Shown piece by piece: positions 52,789 to 63,272 of a stretch of DNA of 64,000 nucleotides (positions are counted from its first letter, which is position 1; each line of letters starts with the position of its first letter). The notes beneath the pieces were generated by a model that had not been told where the DNA came from, ran no database searches, and saw nothing but the letters and a program-made list of their open reading frames with translations. Source of the DNA: Callorhinchus milii (taxonomy: Eukaryota); assembly GCF_018977255.1 (NCBI RefSeq), contig NW_024704743.1:1364001-1428000 (forward strand), read 5' to 3'. The translations under genes were made by a program, and so were the position numbers.

Positions 52789-52820
<32 letters not shown>

Positions 52821-53989
52821 CATCATCCAATCTTGCTCACGTCACAAGCTAATGGAACCGCAGCATCCCGTGACAAGTTAAAATAACAAGGAGGAGACGA
52901 AAAGAAGGGACAAAAAGAAGGGAAAAATAACTGCGTCGCAAGCCGGCAATCTAACTAAGGTTGACAAACCCAAGAAAGCACACCCGAAGCTTCAAAAATT
53001 CATCATAAATTTGGCAAGCGACAACTTGTTTTCACGATTCAAGAAAGACAACAAAATGACATCTGTGAAGCGCCTCTCGGGTCGGGAGGACGTCCCCGAC
53101 GGCGCTGAACAGTCGGGGAAATCAGGCAAAATTCAAAGCAGAACAAAAAAAAAATGAAGGAAACACAAGACTCCAAACTCCCCCGCCCTCCTCCTCCTCC
53201 TCCGCCCTCCTCCTCCTCCTCCTCCTCCGCCGCCGCCCTCCACTCCGATGCCTCCAGAAACATTCAAAAATAACACTCATCCGTCGCGACAGAGAATGAT
53301 CGCAATCCGAAGGACGAAACCGAAACCACAACATTGAAAAATCCTCTCTCTCTCTCTCTCTCTCTCGGCCACAAACAAACACACGAAAACTTCACAATCA
53401 ATGGAAAGCAAAGCTCGCACCAGGAACCACCGAACTTGCAGACGATTACGCTCTCTGTCGCCCGACAGTCGTCGTCTGGGTGTAAAGGAATTCCGATAGT
53501 CTATTTAACGCGGAACCCCTTCCCCGCCCCCCCCCCACCGCACCGCACCGCTCCACCCACCCAAAAATATCCCAAACTGTTCAGCTGAACTCCGTTGAAA
53601 TCTCCGCTGAAGACGAGGAGAATTTCACGTCGAAACGACGCCACTTTTTAAACTGGATTTTAAATCCAGGGGGGGGGATGGGGGGGGTTGGTGGGGGTGG
53701 GGAGGGGGGGGATGGGGGGGGGTTGGTGGGGGTCTCCAAAGAAAATGCAGAGCACAAACATTAAAAGCAAATGTAATTATTAACTGAATTAAAAGTAAAA
53801 ATAAAAGTGAAGTCGAATAAAAAGCTACAAAACACAATGACAGACAACAACACAGCGACAGCCCCCGGGGGGGGGGGGGGGGACAGGGGGGGACAGGGGG
53901 TCCCGGGCCGGGGGGAGATACACAGAGGGTACACCGAGGTTTGCGGACGAAGACAACGCAGGGGGAGGTGGTGGGGGAATAGTGGGGGC

Positions 53990-54045
53990 CAAGTCCGTCG
54001 GGTTGGACCTGACCTGCGAGCCCGGCGCATGCGCCGACAGCCCCT
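53990..54045. promoter_or_regulatory. Candidate promoter element: NRF1-type palindrome in a CpG-rich segment between the divergent genes
   Basis: CGGCGCATGCGCCG at 54023-54036 (core GCGCATGCGC). A possible minus-strand donor CAG|gtcagg lies at 54014/54013. Confidence 0.45.
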
Positions 54046-54146
54046 CCCCCCCCCTCCCACACCCACACCCACCCACAATGCCTCAGGGGCAACGGTGACA
54101 ACAGCTGAGAAACAGCAGCTCAGACTGTGAGGATCATGGGCTGAAC

Positions 54147-55071
54147 TTAGCCCCTCCCCCTCTCCCCCCCCCACCCCCTGCACTGTCTCCCCCTCCCCCA
54201 CACCGTCTCCCTCACCCCCATACCCTCTCTCTCCCCCCCACCCCCTACACCGTCTCCCCTCCCCCCCCCCCACCCCCACACCGTCTCCCTCACCCCCACC
54301 CCCCATACCCTCTCTCTCTCCCCCCCCCACCCCCTACACCGTCTCCCTCTCCCCCCCCACCCCACACCTCTCTCTCTCTCCCCCCCCACCCCCTACACCG
54401 TCTCCCTCTCCCCCCACCCCCCGCACCGTCTCTCTCTCCCCCCCACCCCCCATACCCTCTCTCTCCCCCCCCACCCCTACACCGTCTCCCTCTCCCCCCC
54501 ACCCCCCACGTCTCTCCCCCCCACCCCCATACCCTCTCCCTCTCCCCCCCCCCCACGTCTCTCTCTCCCCCCACCCCCATACCCTCTCTCTCCCCCCCCC
54601 ACCCCCTACACCGTCTCCCTCTCCCCCCCCCACCCCCCACACCGTCTCCCTCTCCCACCCATACCTCTCGCTCTCCCCCCCACCCCTGCACCGTCTCCCT
54701 CTCCCCCCCCACCCCCCACCGTCTCCTCTCCCCCCCACCCCCCGCACCGTCTCCCTCTCCCCCCCCACCGTCTCCCTCTCCCACCCCCATACCCTCTCGC
54801 TCTCCCCCCACCCCTACACCGTCTCCCTCTCCCCCCCCACCCCCCACACCGTCTCCCTCTCCCACCCCATACCCTCTCGCTCTCCCCCCCACCCCCTACA
54901 CCGTCTCCCTCTCCCCCCCCCACCCCCCACACCGTCTCCCTCTCCCCCCCCATACCCTCTCGCTCTCCCCCACCCACCCCCCACACCGTCTCCCTCTCCC
55001 CCCCATACCCTCTCGCTCTCCCCCCCCCACCCACCCCCTACACCGTCTCGCTCTCCCCCCCCCCATACTTT
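54147..55071. repeat. C-rich minisatellite
   Basis: Alternating units cccc(t)acaccgtctccctctcccccccc and cccccataccctctc(g/t)ctctccccc. Confidence 0.93.
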
Positions 55072-55096
55072 NNNNNNNNNNNNNNNNNNNNNNNNN
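55072..55096. other. Assembly gap (25 N)
   Basis: Run of n in the sequence. Confidence 0.99.
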
Positions 55097-55795
55097 GGGG
55101 GGGAGACAGAGGTCGTGGGGAGGGGGTGATGGAGGGGGAAAGGGGGACTGGGGGTGAGGGGGTACAGTGTGGGGGTGTAAGGGGGGTGGGTGTGAGGAGA
55201 TCTCGGGGGGTGAGGGGGTGGGGTCTCGGGGGGGGTCTCGGGTGGGGGGGTGTGGGGTGAGGGCTGTGATGGGGGTCTCGGGGGGGTGTGGGGGGGTGTG
55301 GGGTGAGGGCTGTGATGGGGTCTCGGGGTGTGGGGGATGTGGGGGTCTGGGGTGAGAGCTGTGATGGGGGTCTCGGGGTGTGGGGCTGTGATGGGGGTCT
55401 CGGGGTGTGGGGGTGTGGGCTGTGATGGGGGTCTCGGGTGTGGGGCTGTGATGGGGGTGTGGGGTGTGGGGCTGTGATGGGGGTCTCGGGGTGTGGGGCT
55501 GTGATGGGGGTCTCGGGGTGAGGGCTGTGATGGGGGTCTCGGGGTGAGGGCTGTGATGGGGGTCTCGGGTGTGGGGGTGAGGGCTGTGATGGGGGTCTCG
55601 GGGTGTGGGGGGGTCTCGGGGTGTGGGGGTGGGGCTGTGATGGGGGTCTCGGGGTGTGGGGTGTGAGGGGGTCTCGGGTGTGGGGGTGAGGGCTGTGATG
55701 GGGGTCTCGGGGTGTGGGGGTGAGGGCTGTGATGGGGGTCTCGGGGTGTGGGGGTGAGGGCTGTGATGGGGGTCTCGGGGTGTGGGGGTGAGGGC
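55097..55795. repeat. G-rich minisatellite
   Basis: Repeated gggctgtgatgggggtctcggggtg(tggg)(ggtga). Confidence 0.93.
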
Positions 55796-55796
55796 C

Positions 55797-56098
55797 TCGC
55801 TCTCCCCCCCCCTCCATACCCTCTCGCTCTCCCCCCCCACCCACCCCCTACACCGTCTCGCTCTTCCCCCCCCAATACTTTCTCGCTCTCCCCCCCCTCC
55901 ATACCTCTCGCTCCTCCCACCCTCTCGCTCCTCCCACCCTCTCGCTCCTCCCACCCTCTCGCTCCTCCCGCCTTCTCGCTCCTCCCGCCTCTCGCTCTTC
56001 CCACCCCCACCCCCTCACTCTTCCCACCCCACACCCCCCCCCCCCCACCCTCTCGCTCGCGAGGTGAACGCTCTTAACCACTGAGCTACAGGGCTCCA
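55797..56098. repeat. C-rich repeat (ctctcgctcctcccac)n running into a minus-strand SINE head
   Basis: Short units at about 55905-56000; ctctcgctcgcgaggtgaacgctcttaaccactgagctacagggctcc at about 56050-56098. Confidence 0.8.
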
Positions 56099-56499
56099 CG
56101 TCCACTTTTAATGTCCACTCATTCCCCAGTTCCAGCACACTGGGGTATTCCCTCCGCGAGAGAAGAGAGAATGGATTCCCTGCTTTGCGGAGGAAATAAT
56201 TCTAATGCACTTGTGCGTGACATTTCGTGTCACGAGGAAAGCTATTCGTTCGCCTCTCCGGGGTGTGAATGGTCCCATTGTGGTCGTTGGATGTTTATGC
56301 TTTTTTTGGTATTGTCCTCCATGGAGTGGGTGGGTGGGGGTGGGGGGGGGGGGGAGAAATAAGCGGGCTTTTTTGTGGGGGAGCTGAGCTGGCTGCAAGG
56401 TGACGTGCGTGGCAGAGGAACGTCGGAATCGAGTCGCTGCTCTGTGGCGGCCGCTCTCAGGGGTCTTGATTCTTGAGCCACACGGATCCACAGTACTCC

Positions 56500-56800
56500 A
56501 AAGCACTGCTGATGGCCTATCAGCACAAGCATCTCACCGCCTTCAGCCTCTGGAACTGCATCCCACAGTCCCTCCGCCTCGACCCCTCCTTTGCCACATT
56601 CAAGACCCGTCTCGAGACCCTCTTCTTCGACTGTGCCTTCGGTCACCCTCCTGCCCTTACCCTCACTGCCCTCCCCCCCCCCCCCCCCTTCCCGATCCCA
56701 ACCACTAGCTCCGGTGCGGATCCCTGACTGTCCAGAGCCTTGGGACGTCCTCCTGGCGTGAAAGGCGCAGTGCAAATGTGATTTGTTGTGGTGGTCGTTG
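56500..56800 (+). mobile_element. L2 3' end
   Basis: AFSLWNCIPQSLRL..FKTRLETLFFD, then ctgtccagagccttgggacgtcctcctggcgtgaaaggcgcagtgcaaatg..(GTT/GTG)n. Confidence 0.85.
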
Positions 56801-57269
56801 TTCACTATTGCACTCATCAGTAGAACTTGGAGGGGCAGACCGAGGCGGAGCCTCTGCACCTAACACTTTACACAATTAGATAAGGAGGATGCATCGCTTC
56901 AGGGAGAGAGTGTGCGTTCCATGTAGTGTGGCATACGTAGAGCTCTTGTGTTGATTGGATGCTCTTATACATAGTGATGAGTTTCCTCATGTGTCAGATG
57001 CCTGACTGACCAAAGAAATGTGTGTTTCAGCTGGTTATTGTCATTAAACTCCCGCAATAATCCAATGCATACTCCAGGACCACAAGCCTTGGTTCTTGCC
57101 AATGTATTCCTAATATTTAATTTACTTAGATCAGCACTGTGTATCCCTCTAGTCATCCCTTCTGTAGTATTTCTAATCGCAAATTAGATGCCATATTTAC
57201 CATTTTCAGACGGACACTGCCCTTTGATCTCTGATTCGAAACTGAATTGCCATTGCAGTGGAAGCCTTC

Positions 57270-57389
57270 ATGAATCCCGAAGAAGACCATGTCTATGATC
57301 CTGTTTGCCTACGTGGTGCGGGTGGGGGATGGGCTGCCACTCTCAGCTTCCACAGACTCCTTACACAGCAAGGACCTGCAGGAATGTAA
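57270..57389 (+). promoter_or_regulatory. Out-of-frame upstream ORF (39 codons plus stop) overlapping the SEC22C start
   Basis: ATG at 57270 (weak context ttcATGa), 19 nt before the main ATG and inside the same exon; TAA at 57387-57389. Confidence 0.5.
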
Positions 57390-57470
57390 AAGGTACTTGA
57401 AGATTTTGTCCAAAATTCTCGGAGCTTACCCAGGTCGGGGCACTGTGAAGAGCAATCAACTTCAGATACA
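57289..57470 (+). CDS. SEC22C: SEC22C first coding exon (MSMILFAYVVRVGDGLPLSASTD...YPGRGTVKSNQLQI/H), longin domain; exon starts at 57259
   Basis: ttgcag acceptor ending 57258, accATGt start, 182 coding nt, ATACA|gtgagt donor. The RV.DGLPLSASTD motif is typical of SEC22A/C. Confidence 0.95.
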
Positions 57471-57745
57471 GTGAGTATGTCAAAGCACACACCACACATA
57501 CTGCATTGAATGCCATGAATTGTCTTTACTGGAAATTCACAATTGGGAATTAACGGCTTTAGATTTAATTCCGTTGTGAATAACACCCCTTGGAAGTCTC
57601 GGATCATAAAGTGCTGTTGAACTCAACCGTTGACAAAGTTGAGCAGATGCTGCCTACAATGTATGCATTGTACATCACAGAAGCTAACGTGTGTGTGTTT
57701 TTTCTCTCTCTCTGTTACTAACTCTCTAAACACCTTTTTTTCCAG

Positions 57746-57909
57746 TTTTAATTCTTTACAGGGTGTGGCCTATATGACTATCTGCTGTAGTTTCTATCCC
57801 ACTACTTTGGCGTTTTGCTTCCTGGAGGAACTTGGAGTGGAGTTTGTGTCTTCTTATGACCACACTAAAGTCCACATGGTCTCCAGACCCTACGCCTTTC
57901 TTGAATTTG
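57746..57909 (+). CDS. SEC22C: SEC22C coding exon (FNSLQGVAYMTICCSFYPTTLAFCFLEELGVEFVSSYDHTKVHMVSRPYAFLEF/D)
   Basis: 164 nt, ttttccag|TTTT...TTTG|gttag; AF.FLEEL and RPYAFLEFD Sec22 motifs. Confidence 0.95.
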
Positions 57910-59332
57910 GTTAGTTTCCTACCTTTTCGCATCTTAATTCTTAGTTTTCCCCCCCAACCCGCGCCCAATTAACCTTTGTGCTTGTGGTGGACAGTGCAAT
58001 ATCATCCCTGGAAATTTGTGCTTGCAAATTGGCTGCAAACAGATTAACTTCAATCTGATTGAAGCAAAGTCAATAGATACTGTTAGAAGGGAATTAGCTA
58101 GGTGTGAACAAACAGGAATTTAATGGATGTTTGGGGGAGTGTCTTTATTTAACCAACAGTAAGTAAGAACCTGGTTTTTAGACGATTGGTGGATCACTTT
58201 TCCGATTAATTTGGTCACTCAATTCACGGCTGTCTGTGGGACACCGCTACCGTTTTTCACCCACAAAATACACAGTCATTCCACTTTACAATATATTCTG
58301 TGAAGCGCTTTGAGACGTCTTAACGATGTGATTGAATCTACGTCCCCCGGTTAGTGACCTTCCAGCCAGTGGAAACAGTTTCTCCTTATCTACTCTTAAC
58401 AAAACCCCTGATAATTTTGAATCAGAGACTGAATGTTGGGGTGGGCTGCAAGTCTATCCACTACATCATTGGGGCTGTCGTACTTCACGGTCTTACTCTT
58501 AATCCCCTTGTCCTAATATTTGAGATCATGAAGAATTTTAGAAAATCCTTAAATTCCATTATTTGGAAGCCTTTTCTGCAGATCTCTCTGGTTACCGCGC
58601 AAGACTAAGGTGAAGACTTGACAAAAACCAACACTGTGTTTTGTAAACTAAAAAGTCAGCAACTAAACTTTAGACTATTAAAGTACCAAGACAGGGACTC
58701 CCAGGAAGGGACTTTTTCTATATGTTAATTGTCTTTCTTTTTTTTAACAACAGCGAATTACATTTGTATAGCGTTTCACGTCCGGAGGATGTCCCAAAGC
58801 GCTGGGGTTATATTGAGGGTTGTATGTTTAAAATGTGAAAGATTCCTTTAAAAGTTAACTTCAGTTGCTTGGCTAGTGACTCAGTGCTAACAGATAATTA
58901 TCCTTGCATTTGATACAGCACCTTTCCTGTCAGGAGGACATAACCTTTAAGGATTTTACTGTGAAGTGGAGTGACAGTATTTGCTAGGCAAACAAAATGG
59001 AAATTCATAGATTTTAGCTCGTCTGCAGTGAGCGCAGCTGAGGCTTGATTTTCAGCTTCTTTAGACCTGCAAAAATATTTGAGTTTAGGTTTAGGGGCTG
59101 TAACGATGCCTCACATCTATTAATAATCCTAGACAGTATCAAAATCTCTTAGGCTTGAACAGCACTCTCCATCATATGATAGTGTTCGCGTGATCCATTA
59201 TAACGTTATTTCTATTTCTTTTTAACCCACGTTCTCACTCAGTCGTCCCAGCTTTCAATGCTTACAGTGCTCCCATTTTTCCTTCCAGAGCCGCCTGCCC
59301 ACACACTCGTCTGCGAGCTTCGCATCAGAAGT

Positions 59333-59595
59333 TATAATAAAAATAATAATCCTCGCGTTTGATACAGCGCCTTATCGCATCTTTGAGACGTCTCAAAGCG
59401 CTTCACAGAATAGACTGTAAAGTGAATTGACTGTAGGTTTTGTGGGCGAACCGCGACAGCCAATTGCGCACAGCAGCGTCCCCACAAACAGTCATGGATT
59501 GAAGTGACCAATTTTCTTATTTTTTTAAAGGCATTATTACCGCCGGAAAAGCGATCTGCCAATCGACTGACAACTGGGTTCCTACTTACTGCTAA
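59333..59595 (-). mobile_element. SINE 3' two-thirds, in a SEC22C intron
   Basis: Family match. An oppositely oriented head copy lies at about 59955-60135. Confidence 0.85.
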
Positions 59596-60233
59596 ATAAT
59601 GTTTTATTGGATAAAAGTGTGTTTTATCAAGTTAACTCACTGTAATTTAGAATATTCTTCATGGCTATCGTAATATCATATTGTGCCAGTCTCTCTTGCT
59701 CGCTGTGTTGTCTGTGTATGTCTCTCTCTCTCTTTCTCCTTCTCTCTCTTGGTGACGGTCTCGCTTTGTCTTTCTCTCTCTGACTTTCTAATATTGCTTA
59801 ACTCGTGAGTAGCTGTGCAAAAAAATTTCAGTTGGCACAATTACATACTTGTGCTTGGAGCAACTCGGGATTTGACCACAATTGACCTGTCCTGTGCGGG
59901 GAATCTCACTCCAGTAATCTTGTGTGCTTTCTTGGACATGTAGGCTAATGGATTTTGCGGTTAGAGCACTCACCTCACAAGCGAAAGGACCTGGGTTCGA
60001 TTCCCAGGCAGGGTGAAACTTAGGCAAGTTTCGTCACTCCACATGCCTCTCTACGTAGCAGTAGGTAGGAACCCTCTTAGTCGATTAGCGGATAATAATT
60101 CCTTCAATATAAATAAAAATAATTTGGTCACTCAATTATTATTATTTTTGAGGGGAGTTATTAGCCCGGAAAGGGTTTAATGCCTTCCGACTTTCGATTT
60201 AAAAATTCTTATCAATTTTCTGTTCATTTCCAG

Positions 60234-60413
60234 ATAGCGTGATCCAGAAGATAAAATGGCATTATAACTATTCGAACCGCCCTTCGTTAAAGATCAGCGT
60301 GGGAAACATCCAACAAGAGCTGAAAGTGAACCCTCCCAGACAGGTGAATGTGGAGGATATAGTAGTTACCAATGGGACGTTAAATGGACAACTCCATTTT
60401 TACTCGGGCTCCG
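60234..60413 (+). CDS. SEC22C: SEC22C coding exon (DSVIQKIKWHYNYSNRPSLKISVGNIQQELKVNPPRQVNVEDIVVTNGTLNGQLHFYSGS/A)
   Basis: 180 nt, tttccag|ATAGC...TCCG|gtaag; in frame. Confidence 0.94.
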
Positions 60414-61802
60414 GTAAGGTTATGTTAAGCGTTAAAAGTGCAGTTCCTTATAAATGCTTTGATGAGTTTTTAACAGTCTTTTAAGCGCTCTAAAAGCTAC
60501 TGTACGTGGAGGGCGCTACTTAAGTGCACGTTGCTGTGTAACAAGTCGTTTTTGTGGTCGTTCTTGTCTAAGAAGCCGAGGTTTAATGCAACAAAGCCAA
60601 CAACAACTCAAGTTTCTATAGCGCCCTTCGCGCTGGGTAGCGACCCAAGGGCAGTTCTCAGTCAGCTGGTTACATTTTCTGGACGAGATCCAGAGCCGGT
60701 ATTGCGGGTGTTCGTTCCTGACTCTTCACGTATCGGATTCAGGTCGCAGTCTTTTTTTTAAAGTGAAGAATGAATCACAAATGGCAAACTGGATTGAGCG
60801 CCTGAAAGACAACATCAATGCATTTGTGGGCATTGTAAGACTTTTAGTATGTTGTGACATAGATTTATATATCTGCGTAAATTTTATATATTGTGGGTCT
60901 TATACGGCTGTACAATTACACTTGAATATTACTATTACACTTTCACATCAAAATCTCAAAATGTCTGTCTAGGTTTGGGTGGGGATTAGAGGTTAGAGGT
61001 GAAGTCCACAAATCTTTATCGAAAATGTTTAATTCCTGACTTGACTAAACAGCGCGCCAAGGTGAAGTGTTTGACAACGGGATATTAGACTTGAGCTGAG
61101 ACTCTGTTCTCAGCCCATTGGGTCTGCTAATGACTGACCAGTGACGATCCCACAAAACTACCCCGTCTCGCCCACAAAACATACAGTCACTACACTCGAC
61201 AGTGCCTCCTGCGAAGCGCTTTGAGACGTCTCGAAGACGTGATAAGGCGCTGTGTCAAATGCAAGGATTATTAGTAGTATTATTTACCCTGGCTCATGGC
61301 AGGACTGGGTGGGGGTGGGGGGGGAGCGTGTGTTGCCCGCATGCATTCAGGGTTAGTGTATATTCCATTCCAGAGTCGTGGAATTCCCTGTGTAGGTGGC
61401 GTACGCTTGTGGAACTCTGGCTCGGATACTCTGAAGCACAGTGATGGGATGAATAAAATTGTTCAAAGCCTGTGCTCTAAAACCTTTCTTTCTTTCTTGG
61501 TCACCTTTCCCCCCCCCCCCCCGCCCCTCCACTTTTTTTTTTAATCTCCCCACCCCCACCTCCCCTTCCACCGCAACCTTCCTCATCTCCCCCACCACAC
61601 CCGTTTGGATCCGGTTTACGATGTAGCTCTCGCGGTGCCTGAAAAATAAAAATCTGTTTGAAGCCACCGTTCATCCGGCAATCACTGCCTTTTGTACAAA
61701 GATTACGAAAGGATTGACAAACGCTCAAGTGCACAAGGCAGTCTGTCGTGACGAGAAGGGAAGAGATTGTAACAGGAATATCTTGTCTTGGATTACCTGC
61801 AG

Positions 61803-61921
61803 CTCCCAGGCACAGGCTGGAACCAGTAAGTGCAGTTGGCATCCTCTCCATTGTACTCAACATCATGTGTGGTGCTCTCAACCTGATCCGCGGAGTACAC
61901 CTCATAGAACACCTCTCTCAG
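61803..61921 (+). CDS. SEC22C: SEC22C coding exon (APRHRLEPVSAVGILSIVLNIMCGALNLIRGVHLIEHLSQ), transmembrane segment
   Basis: 119 nt, ctgcag|CTCCC...TCAG|gtaag. Confidence 0.95.
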
Positions 61922-62514
61922 GTAAGACAATGCCGCGGGTTATGTTGAATAGCTGACGGCAGCACTGATGAAGTTGTTTGATTCTCCTCCCGCCTTTGCG
62001 TGTGTGGGGGTGTGTGTGCGTGTTTTTTAAAAAAAAGTTTCATCCGTTTCAATGAATTTGGCTTTGCAAAAACACCCTCCCTAATAATAATAATAATAAT
62101 CCTTGCATTTGATATAGCGCCTTTTATTGAGATGTCTCAAAGCGCTTCGCAGAATATATTGTAAAGTGAATTGACTGTATAATTTTGAGGACGAGACACG
62201 GCAGCCAATTGCGCACCGCATTTACCTACAAAACACACAGTCACTACACTTTTAAAGTACATCCTTATGAAGCACTTTGAGACGTCCTCCTCTTGACACG
62301 AAAGGCAATATATCAAATGGAAGTTTTTTATAAAAAATATTGTCGGTTCGGTTTATTATTTGCCACCCGTCCCTCACCCTCGAATATGCTTTCGGCCGTA
62401 AATTGTGTAGCTGTTGCCGATTAATCATTCAAACACAAAATCACGGAGCAACTTGACCAGCTTTTACTTTACAGTCTTTTTTTCACATTTCTTTTATCAC
62501 CGTTTTTGCACCAG

Positions 62515-62580
62515 GATGACGATGACCGAAAGGGAAATATTATTGCGTTTCTCACAGCGTTTCTTACCTGTTTGATTCAG
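62515..62580 (+). CDS. SEC22C: SEC22C coding exon (DDDDRKGNIIAFLTAFLTCLIQ)
   Basis: 66 nt, long polypyrimidine tract then caccag|GATGAC...TTCAG|gtaagt. Confidence 0.92.
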
Positions 62581-62654
62581 GTAAGTCTTGTTTTTTTTTT
62601 TTTAACCGACGCCGCAACACGTTGAGCCACGTTGATGTGATTAAAATTGTGCTG

Positions 62655-62980
62655 ACCTGTAGCGTAGTGGTTAGCGTGCGTGCCTCGCAAGCAAGAGGTC
62701 CCAGGTTCGATTCCTGGGCCGGATGAAACTCCATCCCGGTCAAACCCGGTTGTTAGTCGATTGCCGGGACGCTTAACACAGAGTAGTAATCCCTCCCAAA
62801 CAATATAATAATAATTTTGTCTCTCAATCCACGGGTTGGGGGCACTGCTTTGCGCAATTTGACAGGTGCGCTTGCCTACAAAAATACAGTCACTCCGCTT
62901 TACAGTCTCCCCTGAGGTGAAGCGCTTTTGAGATGTCCTCCTGAGGTGAAAAGGCGCTGCATCAGACGCAAGTTGTGTTG
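62655..62980 (+). mobile_element. SINE variant with an L2-type (GTT) tail
   Basis: tRNA head and Deu-like block, ending gatgtcctcctgaggtgaaaaggcgctgcatcagacgcaagttgtgttgt. Confidence 0.8.
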
Positions 62981-63071
62981 TATTAGAACCAAGACGTCCG
63001 TGTCCCCGAGGGTGAGCAGTGTGGTTTGGCGTTGAGTTGAGTCTTCACGCTGGGATCTGTTCCTTTCGCAG

Positions 63072-63272
63072 TGCTACCTGTTCCTGTTCTACATTTCTGC
63101 CAGGACGGCGAAGGCGTTGACGGCCTTTGTGATCGTCTGCCTCTGCAACCTTTATCTGTTCGGCCACCGGAACGCCTGGCAAGTGCTCTTCCACATAGGG
63201 GTGGCGTCCCTGTCCAGCCACCAGACGCTGTCGCGGAAACTTTACGAACGGCCGCCCGAGCTCGGAGTCTGA
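63072..63272 (+). CDS. SEC22C: SEC22C last coding exon (CYLFLFYISARTAKALTAFVIVCLCNLYLFGHRNAWQVLFHIGVASLSSHQTLSRKLYERPPELGV*)
   Basis: ttcgcag|TGCTAC..., stop TGA at 63270-63272. The six exons sum to 912 nt = 303 aa plus stop. Confidence 0.95.
   Translation, partial: CYLFLFYISARTAKALTAFVIVCLCNLYLFGHRNAWQVLFHIGVASLSSHQTLSRKLYERPPELGV

Noticed and set aside
53626..53640. Second hammerhead candidate around ctgaagacg...cgtcgaaacgac (about 53607-53640)
   Set aside because: Stem II register would consume the core GA, and there is no NUH cleavage triplet or stem I.
53761..56084. Long Gly/Pro/His/Arg-rich ORFs of up to 406 aa
   Set aside because: They are translations of minisatellites lacking stop codons, open in several frames, and some cross the N gap.
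110..62980. Recurrent palindromic motif AAGCGCTTTGAGACGTCTC..GACGTGATAAGGCGCT as a CRISPR, attC or REP-like array
   Set aside because: Irregular spacing, both orientations, embedded in ~380-bp SINEs in a spliced eukaryotic locus; no cas or integrase genes.
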